Shown here in pieces: positions 47,001-60,521 of a stretch of DNA of 64,000 bases (the first letter of the stretch is position 1; each line of letters begins with the position of its first letter). The stretch comes from Selaginella moellendorffii (Eukaryota > Plantae > Lycopodiophyta). The notes below the pieces were generated by a model. The model was not told the origin of the DNA, did no database searches, and saw nothing but the letters and a program-made list of their open reading frames with translations. The DNA is taken from NCBI RefSeq assembly GCF_000143415.4, contig NW_003314283.1, forward strand, positions 88,407 to 152,406. Direction: 5' to 3'. Position numbers and translations under genes: made by a program.

Positions 47001-50000
47001 AGGATCACCGTTGCTACTTATGGGTATTTATACGCCCATCACTAGCCTTGCCAAAATCCCTCTTTGGCTTTGTCCAATTTGGGTAGACGGACTTCTACTA
47101 TTTCCACAACCTTGGACATTTGGATAGTACTTTCTATCCTTCATTCACTAGGGACTTTGTCCCTTGGGCATTATCCATTGCCCTCATAATACCAAATACC
47201 CCCTTCTAGTGTTCTAGAGTGTTTGGGTGTCCCAATGATGGCCTCTCTGACAATGAGCATTCCTTTTTCGACATTGACTTATTATGTTGCAACATAAGCA
47301 ATTTATCCCTTATAAGGGTATATCGAACTTCCTTATCCTAATAAGAAGTCTTAGGTAGTTACCTTTTACCAATTTATGAATTATTTTGCACCTTTTGCTT
47401 AGTTGCCTTGTAGTTGTCAAGTTTTACAATTTATTGCTGGTGCTTCCACACCTCCATCATTATCTGGGTCACCACACTCTAACCGCATGCCTTCCAGCTT
47501 AGGCTATACTATTCCCATTTCCATTGGGATTCCTTTGGAAGGGGTTCTCATAAACCCACCAACTTGACTTCAAGGCAGCACGCCTTGGCACCTTCGGTGT
47601 CTCCACACCATTGGCTCCACGAGCCTACCTTTATGACACTTCTTACTTGTGTCCAGGTATTTTTGCCAAGACCAATATGGTTGTCTCTTAGGCCAATTAT
47701 CCATTAGCATTGCACTATAGAGTTCATGCACAAATTTTTGTCAAAGTTTTTTTCTCCCGGGAAACTCTTTCCCACGACTTTAGCATGGCACCTTCTGCCA
47801 TCAATGAGATACATACTGCTCTCATGCTTGGATCTCAAGATCCTCCCCATCCTTTGTGGGGCACCACACACCTCAGTCCAAATGCTTTCCTCAAGCCCTT
47901 AAGATTATTCCTTGACTCTATTGGAGTCATTCAACCTTTCAGACTTTGTTAATTCGACGACCTATGAGGTCCTACTTTTGAGGTGCTAACTCACTGGAAT
48001 ACAACTCTTTGTATTCATGTCCTACTCACAAGGACCATCTTTTGCAAGTGTTACTCTGACACTTGATTTGTTCTCTAGGGGCAACCTTTCACCCTTTAGG
48101 ACCACTTGTCCATGTGATGAGAATACCAACTCATCCTCTAAATACACCCCCAACTCCTTGGGTTGTTCCGGCATTTATTAGAGGTAGCTCTGGCTACCAT
48201 TTCAAGGACTTGTGTCCTTTTCTGTATTTGACCTCCCGCAGTCATTACTTCTAGTCTCCAATTCATGAGCACTAGCCTCAACTTCATGAGGGTAATCTTG
48301 TGACTCCTTTATCATTTTGGAGTCTTTATCTTCCTTGTGATCCCAACTATAGTTGTTTACCACAATTACATTAATCAGTTTGCTGAGTCAAACGCTCATC
48401 TGGATCACATCCTCAACTCAATGAGGAAAACCTTGCACTGTTCCCAAGATCCCAAAGTCGTTCCATCATTGGCCCTTTTCTATCCACCACCTTGCCTATA
48501 AGTTCACACGTGAACTGTAATGGAGAGCCATGTTTTCCCGACTTGCTACTCCTCAAGGATAAGCCCACTCCTAGGACCTTCCGATGCCAACACTAGTGGT
48601 GATATACTTCAGCACCAATAAAAGTCGGACTAAGGAACAGTTTCGATACCAAGTTGTAAGCGACTAAATTTTCCATTCTACTTTCGTCACTTAACCACAC
48701 CTTTGACCCCTTGGAGGAGTCTCATTAACAACCTTCTTAAGTCCCATTCAAGACTTGGGACTTGCTAGTCCCGAGAATGGCATCCATGCCACTCCTCCCT
48801 TGCACTTGGTCTAAGTGCTCCACGTGTCCAATCCCAAGACCAACACCGAAAGGTACCACTAACATATTAGCCCGTTACACTAAGGCCATGCCCATTCACC
48901 TTTGCCGCACTGGTGGTCCAATACCACTTGCATCACAATCCCGTCTCTCCAAGATTAGGCTGTCTGTCCACGAGTGGTCATCCCAGATCCATTCCTTAGC
49001 ATCCTTAGGATGCCCACAAATATGGGGAATAGTCTTCCCCAACATCCCTTTGTCAGTTCCTGCCAAATCCCTTTCCCGTCCATGGCCATGTTCACCAACA
49101 CTGCCACTAGATCAAGGCCCGTAGGCCTGGCCACTAAGTCCCATTGTCCTCTGGGACTTCCTCACCATGTGACCGTATCTGTAGTCACTACACTAGAGGA
49201 CTGCTCCTCCTCCTTTCCCCCATTTTGGACTTCGGGACAACATTTCGGAACACCGTAGCCCTACGAGAGCCCCGTGGGTACTCTCCCCACCTTCCGCCTT
49301 TAGGTGCTCTAGCCATGGGCTTAGAGCAAGGTTCCGTTAAGCCATACTAGGTATCCAAGTAGGTAGTGCCACCCACACTTGGACTGGGAGCATCAGCCAG
49401 TCGATCTCCTGGGGGAACTAGAGCTGGCTCTTGAACACTTCACCAAGCTACCCCACTTGTCGGTCCGTATTCACTCTAGTCTTAAACTTCCCAGTGGTTA
49501 GTTCATCACCCAACACTGGGTCTAGCCTTCTTGGGCCAAACTGGCCTTTCCTGGCCAAACTGGCTCCACTGCAGTCCTCCCCCTTACTATACTTTTGGAG
49601 CTCGCCAAACCCCCCAGGGTTTGGGAGACAAACGCTTTGGGCTTTCACCCTCTCAGGGACTCGGACTCGGACTCGGACTCGGGCTCGGGCTCGGTCTCGG
49701 CCTCGGCCTCGGTCCCGGTCTTGGTCTTGGTCTCGATCTCAGTCTCGGTCTCGGTCTCGGTCCAGTCTCAGTCCCGGTCTCGACCTCGGACTCCATCTCG
49801 GGTCCTTCTCAGACTCCATCTCGGATTCCATCTCGGGTCCATCTCGGATTCCATCTCGGGTCCATCTCGGACTCCATCTTAGGTCCATCTCGGACTCCAT
49901 CTCAGGTCCATCTCGGACTCCATTTCGGACTCCATCTCGGTCCATCTCGGACTCCATCTCGAACTCCACCTCAGACTCTAACTCGGGTTCATCTCGGATT

Positions 50001-50358
50001 CCATCTCGGTCCATCTCGGACTCCATCTCGGACTCCACCTCGGACTCTAGTTCAGGTCCATCTCGGACTCCATTTTGGACTCCACTTCAGACTCCAACTC
50101 GGGTCCATCTCGGACTCCATCTCAAACACTTCCACGTGTCATGTGTTGGTCCTTTTGGGTCCCTTTTTGGAGCCTCGCTTATTGCTCGCTTCATGCTCGT
50201 TCCTTTAGCACTCCGTTGGGAGTTCCACTCCCGCTCTCAACCTTTCAAGTCGGAGCCTTTTAGTCCAAACGTGTTACGCTCGTTTGGCTTTTGCTTCGGT
50301 TGCTACCACATGGCACCCTTTCGGCTCCACTTTGGGGCTTAGGGATTTGTGTCTCACA
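42920..50358 (-). mobile_element. Complete non-autonomous/degenerate LTR retrotransposon (family A): LTRs 42920-44634 and 48655-50358
   Basis: TGTAAG...CTCACA termini, CCTAT TSD (42915-42919, 50359-50363), minus-strand PBS tggtatcgaaac beside 48655, and a G-rich PPT-like tract beside 44634. The ~4-kb internal region has only decayed gag/integrase traces. Confidence 0.95.
43945..44405. repeat. LTR-internal tandem arrays (GGACTC)n, (GGTCTC)n and GGACTCCATCTC-type units; copies at 49657-50123, 51755-52165, 59888-60290
   Basis: Directly visible arrays with different copy numbers in each LTR. Confidence 0.95.
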
Positions 50359-50766
50359 CCTATAGCTTCTCATATTAAGAAATAAACTAAACCTTTTATC
50401 CAACTGAAAAAGAAAGATTAAGTTGGTAAGAATAAATAGTAATACAGTAATGAGTAGATTGAATACTAAAAAGGTGGCAATGAACTTCCTTATGAAGAGA
50501 ATCCAAAGTAGTAATATAAGTAACAACAAAATCATTATGTGTAAAATTAAGTGTTAGAAGAAGTGAATATGACCAAAGCCATAATTGATGAAGAATGCAG
50601 AGTGATGTGTTGAAGAATATTAGGAATTATTATAAATGAACTCAATAGAAGTAAAGAGATCAATCCAATCATTTTGTTGATGGGAAATAAAATATTAAAG
50701 ATACTACTCAAGAATTTGAGCACTATATTTGAATTGCCCATTAATTTGAAGATGCCGAGAAATTAA

Positions 50767-52245
50767 TGTAAGCGACTAAATTTTCCATTCTACTTTAGTC
50801 ACTTAACCACACTTTCAATCACGTGGAGGTGTCTCACTTATAACTTCCATAAGTCTTATTCCCAATTTGGGGGCATGCTAGCCCTATGAATAACATCTAT
50901 ACTACTTAGTCTTTTCACTTAGCCCAAGTGCTTTATATGTTTAATCCCACTATATACACCTAAAGGTATTATTGAAATATCAACCCGTTACATTAAGGCT
51001 ATATTTATTCACCTTTGTCTCATTGGTAATCCAAGACCACCCATACCATAGACCCATCTCCCAAAGACTAAGCCATCCATCCATGAATGATCATCCCCTA
51101 ACCACACCTTAGCACCTTTAAGATGCTTGGAAACATGGGGAACACTCTTCCCCAATATCCCTCCATCAATCCCTATTAAGTCCCATTCTGTCCACAGCCA
51201 ACATCGCCATTAAGTTAGGGCCCAAAGGACTAACTACTAAGTCCCATTGACCCTTGGGACTTTCTCACCACGTGACCATGCCCTTGGTCACTACACAAAA
51301 GGACTATTCTTTTCTTTTTACAATCCATGATTTTGGGACAACATATTGTAGTCCTACATGAGCCTTATGGGTACTCTCCCCACCTTTTGCCTTTGGATGC
51401 TATAGCCATGTGGCTAAAGCGAGGTTTTGATAAAACACGTTAAGTATCCAAATAAGTAGTGCCACCACACTTGGATTGGAAGCATCGACTAATCAATTTC
51501 CCTGGGGAGCTAAAGTCAGCTCTTGAACATTTCACTAAGTTACCCCACTTATCCATCCATGTTCACTCTAGCTTTGGGCTCCTCAATAGTTATATCATCA
51601 CCCACCAAATGGGTATAATTTTCTTTGGTCACATTGACATTTCCTAGTCAAACTGATTCCATTGGAGTCCTCCCTTCACTATCCTTTTGGAGCTCACTAG
51701 ACTCCCTAGGGTCTGGGAGACAATCACTTTGGGCTTTCACCATTGAACTTAGCCTCAGACTCGGACTTGGACTTGGACTCAGACTTGGACTCGGACTCAG
51801 ACTTAGACTTGGTTTTGGATTCAGTCTTGGTCTCGGTCTCAGTTTCAGTCTTGATTTAAGACCCAGTCTTGGTTTCCATCTTGGACTCAACTTTGGGCTC
51901 CATCTCAGACTCTATCTTGGACTTCATCTTGAACTCTTTTTTGGACTCCTTTTTAGACTCCATCTCAGATTCCTTCTCAGACTCCTTCTCGGACTCCATC
52001 TCAAACTCCTTCTCAGACTCCATCTCAGACTCCTTCTTGGACTCCATCTTGGGTTTATCTCGGACTCTTTCTCGGACTACATCAAAAACTCTATCTCAAC
52101 TTGGACTCTATCTCGGACTCCTTTTCGGATTCCATCTCGAGTCCATCTCAGGCCCATCTCGGACTTGGTCCTAACACTTCCACATGTCATGTGTTGGTCC
52201 TTTTGTGTCCCTTTTCTAGAGGCTTTCTTATTGATCGCTTCGAGC
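50767..52245 (-). mobile_element. Older, truncated family A LTR
   Basis: Starts tgtaagcgactaaattttcc; colinear with 42920-44470 but more diverged; ends at a junction with Gypsy gag. Confidence 0.88.
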
Positions 52246-52249
52246 TTAT

Positions 52250-55200
52250 TCCTTCAAATCGGCTACTTGTCGACCTCTTTTCGTTCTGGCAGGCTCACGA
52301 GTCTGTTCCTTACTACATCACTTGGTTTCAAGCATACTGGAAGTAGTGTTGGGATCATAGAGTGGTCCAAGATGAGCAGCAAAGGATCACGACATTCATA
52401 GCGGGTTTGTGTGAGAACTTGCAGCGGAAACTTCTTAAAAAGACATTTAAGTCTTGCCACGAGGCATTTTTGTTTGCCACAAAGCTGGAAAAAGAGCTTC
52501 TTATCGACCTGGGAATTGCTAAAGTTGATTTCGACCAAGCCATCACCCCGTCAGAGTCATTTTGTGCAGCTTTTCACCTGTCCACACCAAAGCCTGTCGC
52601 TATTGAGCATACACCTCTGGCTATTGAGAACTTTGCCAACAAGATGTGGTAGTTGAAGGAGATCATTCTCCAGCAACAATCACACCATGATAAGCTGCTC
52701 TAGGAGCTAGTGGAGTCTAGGAAAGAGGCTGCTGCAGCTCGGGAATGCAAATTCAAGTCCCGTTAGTGCACTCACCACGAGACAAACACACACAACACAC
52801 AGCGCTACTTCAAGCTTCACCCAGAGCTTCAGCCTCCACCTTTTCAATGTGTCCAACAACATGCCTTTGCTGACAATTCCACATCGTCTTGGGGTCCAGA
52901 GACATATCAGGAGCAGTTGGAGTAACAGGCAATTGGGGCAGCCCCTTCATCAAACAAAGGCAAAGCACTAGCCTTATCGGTTAACATGATTTTGGTAGCT
53001 AAGGATATCTATAACCAACAGCAGCAAACCACAGCCACTCGAGCCCAAGTGAAGAAGAAGGTAGCCGCTCAGCCTATCATAGATCCCCTTGCATCAATTG
53101 AGAGTGAATCTCTGTCAGCACCAAATCCAGTGACATAGAGGGTGGCTTGTAAGCTCCCCTTCAAGTCACTACTCTCTTCTCCTCCTGAGATCTCACCAAC
53201 AGCTATTCCTGTTCCAGAGTCAGTTCTTCAATAGCTGGTTGACACTCCCGTCACCTTTCCGCTCTAAGACATGTGCCTTGTCCTGGGATTCGGCCAGTGT
53301 TTAGAGGAGTTTGCATGGTCAGGAACACTAGAGAGCACTCTCAAGAGGACTCCTCAAGAGGTGCACATTGTCAACATGACAAAATATGGTGGAGATCCTA
53401 GTCCATTCTTCGTCCCGGTGCAGATTGGTACTTCCTCTTGTCAGATGGATCCTTTGGTTGACTCTGGTTTTGGAAGCAATATTATCTTTCTTGAAGCTAC
53501 CCTTTCAGCATAGTTACAAATCACTAAGAGCTCCTTCATCGTGCTCAAGACCTTCACCAACCACACTATTCCTCCAGCAGGCATTTGCTGTGGTGTCAAG
53601 GTCTTAGTGCAAGGTGTTATTTTTGAGGTAGATTTCCTCATGGTTAACTACCAATGTCTTGGAATGTCCTTTTTGAAGGACTCTATCATCCTTGGCTACT
53701 CATGGCAAGTCATAGCCCATTGCACCATTGAGAGCGCGCAAGGCAAGATGGAAATTAGCGATGGAACTCATAGCACCACCTTTCTCAACAACCATGGTAG
53801 AGCTCTTTCTTAGCAAGCCCAAGAGGCTCAGACTAAAGTGGTTTCCACACCACACTTTCCTCCTGAGCTCATAGAGGTTTTTCCCAAGTTGGCAGTAGAG
53901 TCGACCATCTATATGACGAATGCTTTCTCATACAATGTGATCGACATTGTTGGAGGTGAGTCAGATAGCTTGAGACATCTTTCAGCCTCACTCTCTTTAT
54001 TTGAGAGTAAGGCCAAGCCTCTAGCCACACCCTCTTTATTTGATGGCAGGGCTTATAGGTACGGGCTCCCATATCCAGCTTTTTAGAGTGTTTCTTGATA
54101 GAGGAAGGGCTTCTCAATTCATTTCTTGCATGGGACCAACTCTCTCTTATGGAGCTTGATGATACAGTCACTTTATACCAGGTCCATCTTTCACAGGACA
54201 CAGCCGAACTCAATCCTCCTCAGCAACTATTTGAGGTGTCACACAGCCAGCATCTTCCTACTAAAATCACGGTAGCTGATGACTCTGAGTGTATTTTGTC
54301 ATGCCATTTTTTGGAGACAAAGGATGACATCTAGACACACAATTGGCAGAAAGAATTAAGCCAATCAGACGTGCTACATGCAAGTTATAGCTCTTTGAGT
54401 TTAGAATTTCCTACCATGGAGCTCCCAATACAGATCCAAGTGTATTACATTGAAACTTTAGCACCAAACTTGGACTCGACTTTAGTGGAGGACCTTCCTT
54501 CACTTGCGAAGTACTTGGTTACTATCCTCACATCTGATATTCAGCGTTTAAGTGCTTAGAGCATTAGAAGTAAAGAGAACAATAGACAAAGACTCTGGAT
54601 CCAACAACAACGTTCTTACCCAACTTGCTAGAGATAGTCTTGCCAGATGTGGTGTCCCTAGCATCTTTATTCAAAGAAGAGGACACTCTTATGATTACAG
54701 CTTATTTTGATGGTGCTTTCTACCCCCAAAACTAGGTTGTTGGCATTGGAGTTTGGATGATTGATTTTGTGGAGAACAAAGTAGCCGACCTCTCTATCAC
54801 TTTACTAGCAACATTAGCTAATGAAGTAGAGTACTTGGTAACTATCAGTGCTATGAAGTTGGCCATAGATCTCAAGTTTAGGTGAGCCACTTTCATTGGA
54901 GATGCACAACTCATCATATGCCAACTTACTGGAGAATACCAAGTCCGCAAAGAGAACCTTAAAGAGCTATGGCAACGGGCGGTCAACCTAAAGGATGAGT
55001 TCTCTCAAGTGACTTTTCAAAGTGTTCCTCATGAAGAAAACTTTTGGGCAGATAGGTTATCACATCAAGCAATCACCATGATGCGAGAGGCAAAAGGCAC
55101 TCCCTACTCTTTGGTTTCCAAAGTCAGGGAGGAATCTAAGATAGATGAGCCCCTTGAGCCCAAGGTTTCTCCAGACTCCAGGGTTCATGCCGTTTTCCTA

Positions 55201-57280
55201 GATTATGACAAGGACCCAGTCTTTATCGCCACATCGCTTGCTTCAACAAATGCAGCAAAGCTCTTGGATCTCCTTCACTGTTTCAAGGACATATTTGCTT
55301 GGGACTACAACTAACTTCTAGGAGGTCCCATGGACACAATCATGCACAGTATTGTGCCTTCAGAGTCAGCTAAACCAGTCCATCAAAAGATGTGGCATTT
55401 CAACCCAACAGCTCACTTAGAGATGAAGTTGGAGATCGAGTGACTTCTGGCAGCCGGCTTTATTTACCCTTTGGAGAGCTCAGACTGGGTGGCCAATCTC
55501 GTCCTTGCATGCAAGGCAAATGGAAAACTCCGCCTCTGCATTGACTTTCGAGACTTGAATAAGGCAACTGTGAAAGATCACTTTCCCACTCCATTTATTG
55601 ATGTGATTGTGGATGAGATGGCTGGACACCATTACTACTTTTTCATGGATGGCTTTTTAGGGTACAATTAGATCTTCATTCATCCCAATTATCGAGATCT
55701 TATGGCCTTCTGAACACCTTGGGGCATCTTTTCTTTCAATGTCCTCTTGTTTGGCTTGTGTAACGCTGAAGCTACTTTTCAACGCTTTATGACCCACGCC
55801 TTTCACAACTTGATTGGAGGTGCCTTGAGGGTGTATATGGATGATCTGTGCATGACCTTTGACTCCTTCGAGGACCACCTTGTGTACTTGGAGCAGATCT
55901 TCACTCGCTGCTGACAACACAAGTTTTCATTGAACCCGGCAAAGTATAAATTTGGGGTGACTGAAGGCCAATTTCTAGGCTTTGATGTCTCATAGGATGG
56001 GATCAAGCCCCAGATAGCTAAGGCTCAGGAGATTATGGATCGGAACCCACCAACCAATATGAAGCAGCTTCGCAGCTTCCTCAGGCAAATGGGTTTCTTT
56101 CACCGTTTCCTTCACAACTATGCTGCACGTTCACGGCCTTTGATAGCTCTACTACAACACAACGTTCCATTTGTCTAGGGTGAGTCTTTGAATCACTGAA
56201 GTAGTCACTCTGCACGGCTCTGGTACTCCAGCCACTAGAACGACAACTTCCTTTCGAAATTTACATCACGATGGGTACAAAAGCTTTTAGAGTATGCCTA
56301 TGCAAAGGTTCACAGCCTAGCAACCCACCACATGCAACATATTATACCTCACATTCATTCAAGAAGACTAAGAAGAAGTACGTGGATGCGGAAAAAGAAG
56401 CAATGGCTGTTGTTTACACCTTGGACCGATTTTGTCACTTTTTCGCTAGAGCTTGTATCCATTTCCATGTCTATTTTAATGTGCTGACCTTTCTTTTACA
56501 GCAACTAGTTCATAGTCCTCGTACTTTATCTTGGATTGTGACCATCCAAGAGTTCCAGCCAACTTTTCACATGTGGCGGAAGTGTGTGATGGATCTGAGC
56601 GAGTTCCTGGTTGTTGAAGTTACTTCCTTTGTGGTCCCAACAGCATTATAAGACATTGCAGTGTACCTAGATTCAGGTCAGTTCCTAGCAGATTCCTCAC
56701 CAGTAAAACAAAAGGCATTGGAGATCCGAGCATGGGTTTTGCCTTCTCAACAGACACCTTTATAGGAGGACTTCTTAGGAATTTTTGTTGCAGTGTATGG
56801 GTGAACATGAAGTCCCTGAGCTCCTTTGTGCTTTCCACTCTTGTACAGGGCATTTCTTGGGATGGGTCACAGCACAGCTCCTCTTGCGCCATGGCTACTT
56901 TTGGCCTCGGATTCACTAGGATAGCTTGCCATGTGAGCAGTGCCAACAATTCAACCTCTGGAGCCATGTTCCATGTCTTCCATTCTAGCTCATCACTTCT
57001 CTGGGTCCCTTTTTCCAGTGAAGACTTGACTTCGTCGGCTCGATCAACCCACCGAGCTCAAAAGGACAGTGATACATCATCGTGGCGACGAACTATTTCA
57101 TGAAATGGGTTGAGGCCACCCCTCTATGATAGGCAGATCAACAGTCTATAGAAAAGTTTGTCTACAAATACATTATTTGCTGATTTAGAATTCCTGTCAT
57201 TTTGATTTCCAATCGTGGCAATGGCTTCCTTAGACAGGTGATGCAGGATCTTCTCCAACAGCTGCAGGTCACCGACTCAT
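52250..57280 (+). mobile_element. Degenerate Ty3/Gypsy Tat-like gag-pol with order PROT-aRH-RT-RH-INT
   Basis: Protease LVDSGFGSNI (~53455); additional RNase H YFDG...NEVEY...GDAQLII.QLTGEYQV...VPHEENFWADRLS (54700-55065); RT CIDFRDLNKA...FMDGFLGYN...VYMDD; RH YVDAEKEAMAVVY; integrase traces to ~57250. Many stops. Confidence 0.9.
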
Positions 57281-57284
57281 CTTC

Positions 57285-60200
57285 TGAGCATACCCCCAAC
57301 TCCTTGGGTTTGTTCCAACATTTATAAAAAGTAGTTTCGGCTACCATTTCAAGGACTTGTGTCCTCATCCGTATTTGACCTCTCACTATCATTAATTTTG
57401 GTCTCAAATTCATGAGCACCAGCCTCAACTATATAAAGGTAATCTTATGACTTGTTTTGGAGTCTTTATCTTTCTTGTAATCCCAACTATAGTTGTTTAT
57501 CTTAACTACATTAGCCAATTTGCTAAGTTAAATGCTCATCTGGATCACATCCTTAACTCCCAAGATCCCAAAGTTTTTCCCTTATTGGCCCTTTTCTATA
57601 CACCACCTTGCCTACAAGTTCACACATGAACTGTAGTGAAGTGCTATGTCTTCCTGACCTACTATTCTTTAAGGATAGGCTCACTCCTAAGACCTTTCGA
57701 TGCCAACACCAGTGGTGATATACTTGAACACCAATAAAAGTCGGACTAAAGAATAACTTTAATACGAAATTGTAAACGACTAATTTTTTAATTCTACTTT
57801 AGTCATTTAACCACAACTCCAACCACTTGGAGGAGTCTCATTCACAACCTCCATAAGTTCAATTCAGGACTTGGGGCTTGCTAGCCCTGAGAATGGCATC
57901 CATACCACTCGACCGTTGCACTTGGTCCAAATGCTCCACGTGTATAATCCCATGACCGACACGCAAAGGTACCATTAACATATCAGCCCGTTATGCTAAG
58001 CGCATGCCTATTCACCTTTACCGCACTAATGGTCCAATACCACCTACATCACAGTCTCGTTGCTCAAAGACCGGGTCATCCGTCCATGAGTGGTCCTCCC
58101 AAATCCACTTCTTAACATCTTTAGGATGCCAGTAGACATGGGGAACAACCTTCCCCAATATCCCTTTTTCAGTCCCTACCAAGTCTTTTTCTGTCTATAG
58201 CCATGTTCGCCAACACTGCCACTGGATCAAGGCCCATAAGCCCGGCCACTAAGTCCCACTGTCCTTTGGGACTTCCTCACCATGTAACTGTATCCTTAGT
58301 CACTACACTAGAGGATTACTCCTCTTCCTTTCTATAGTCTGGGACTTTGGGACAACATTTCAGAACACAGTTGTAGCGTACATGGTTTTTACCCTTTATC
58401 CTATGGTGATTTACCATAGGATAACACCACGAAGCGGAACCTAAACCCTCTTTGTGCCACATGACAGATGCCACATATCACATGCCATGTGTCCAAAGGA
58501 ATATGGTGTGGAACCCGAGGTTCAGGGCCTTGGGCCATTGAACGAAGGAACGTTGCCAAACTCCCAAGCGTGGAGCCAAGGAGTGATGAAACTGAACCAC
58601 GGAGCAACTCCCGAGCATAAAGCCCAAGGAGCGAAGGGATAGGAGCACGGAGCGACTTGGAACAGTCCTAGAGTATCCAACATCCCAATGCCAGGGCTTG
58701 CACACAAAATGGAGCCAAATGGAGTCTGAGGCTATTTTAGCATACCAGTGGCCTAACGTGAGGATATGGGTACTCCACCAGCTAGCATGGTGTGAAGCTC
58801 GGGCTTAAACCCAAGCCGAAAGCAGAACAAGGACAGGCACGCAAACAGGAGCTAGACTATGCCTTAGGTTGGTTAGCCATGCCCAACCTACCCATTATCC
58901 CTACTATACATTTGGAACCCCATACACCCCCCCCCCCCCCCCTTGAGGAACACACACTTTGGGCTTTCACCCCAAGCCTCCTTTAATATCAAGAGTTAGT
59001 TTCTGGGATAAGCTTGAAACTTACTAAATATAGAATGGCACTAAATTGTGAATTTAGACACGGGACGAACACCATTGTGTTTAGGCCAATCTCTACATTC
59101 CGTAGATATGCTAAATGAGCAAATCTGAACACTTTCCATAAATAGTATTTGGGATTGAAATGAGACTAACACAAAGGGCATGATAGAGAGGGTGTTTGGC
59201 AAACATGGTAAGCTATCATCCAGCGATATTGAGGGACTAATCTCAATACATGAGGGTTTTTGTCAAGCCAATGCAAGACAGAGCAAAAGAGAACTAAAAG
59301 CCATGCCGAGTATGCTCAGCTAGAAACACATAGGAGTTCCTACCTTATGTCCATTTGACTAAGTACAGGTGCTAAGCCCAATTTACTAACACTTGAACAA
59401 GAGGGGCTGATAAAGGGAATTAGCAATACCGACCTTCTGCCATCATGGCAGTAAGGAAAGAGTGTTCGTAAAGATTAGCTGACAAGTAATTTTTTATACC
59501 CGAAGTCACATTTGCAACAACCATGGCCCTACGCAAGCCTCATGGGTACTTTCTCCACCTTCCGCCTTTGGGTGCTCTAGCCAGGGGCTTAGAGTGAGGT
59601 TTTGTTGAGCCACGCCAAGTATCCAAGTAGGTAGAGCCACTCACACTTGGACTGGGAGCATTAACCATTCGATCTCCCGGGGGAATTAGAGCCAACTCTT
59701 GAACACTTTACCAAGCTACCCCGCTTGTCTGTCTGTATTCACCCTAAACCTTGGACTTCCAAGTGTTTATCTCATCATCCAACACCTGAGTATAGCCTTC
59801 CTAGGCCAAACTAACCTTTCCTGGCCAAACTAGCTCCACTGGGGTCCAACCCCCACACTCTCCCTATTATACTTTTGGAACCCCCTACTCGGACTCAGAC
59901 TTTGTCTCAATCTCAGTTTTGAACTCAGTCTCAGTCTCAGTCTCAGTCTTGGTTTCGGTTTCGGTCTCGGTCTCGGTTTCGATCTCAGTTCCATCTCGGA
60001 CTCCATCTCGGGCTCCATCTCAAGTCCATCTCAGACTCCATCTTGGGTCCATCTTGGACTCCATCTCAGGTCCATCTTGAACTCCATCTAGGGTCCATCT
60101 CGGGTCCATCTCGGACTCCATCTCGGGTTCATCTCAGACTCCATCTCGGGTCCATCTCGGACTCCACCTCGAACTCCATCTCAAGTCTATCTCGGACTCC

Positions 60201-60521
60201 ATCTTGGGTCCATCTCGGACTCCATCTTGGATCCACCTCAGACTTCGTCTCGAGTCCATCTTAGGCTTCATCTTGGGTCCATCTCGGATCCTTCCATGTA
60301 TCATGTGTTGATCCTTTTGTGTCCCTTTTTTAGAGACTCACTTTTTGCTCACTTCGTGCTCGTTCCTCAAGCACTTCATTAAAAGTTCCACTATTGCTCT
60401 CAACTTTTCAAGTTGGAGCTTTTAGTCTATATGTGTTACCCTCGTTTGGCTTTTGCCTCAGCCACTGCCATGTGGCACCCTTTCGCCTCCTCTTTGGGGC
60501 CTAGGGATTTTATGTTTTACA
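57285..60521 (-). mobile_element. Family A leader (57285-57770, matches 48135-48654) plus LTR 57771-60521, interrupted by a family B solo LTR
   Basis: tgtaaacgactaa start at 57771, ttaca end at 60521, degenerate PBS adjacent. Confidence 0.88.
58372..59519. mobile_element. Family B solo LTR nested in the family A LTR
   Basis: TGTAGC...TGCAACA termini. Flanks ACAGT and ACCAT can both be derived from ACCGT, which uninterrupted family A LTRs carry at this site. Confidence 0.88.

Noticed and set aside
49431-50342. 303-aa Ser/Arg-rich ORF and similar LG/SD-repeat ORFs in LTRs (43793-44327, 51625-52401)
   Set aside because: Stop-free by-products of tandem arrays; the reading frame is not conserved between LTR copies.
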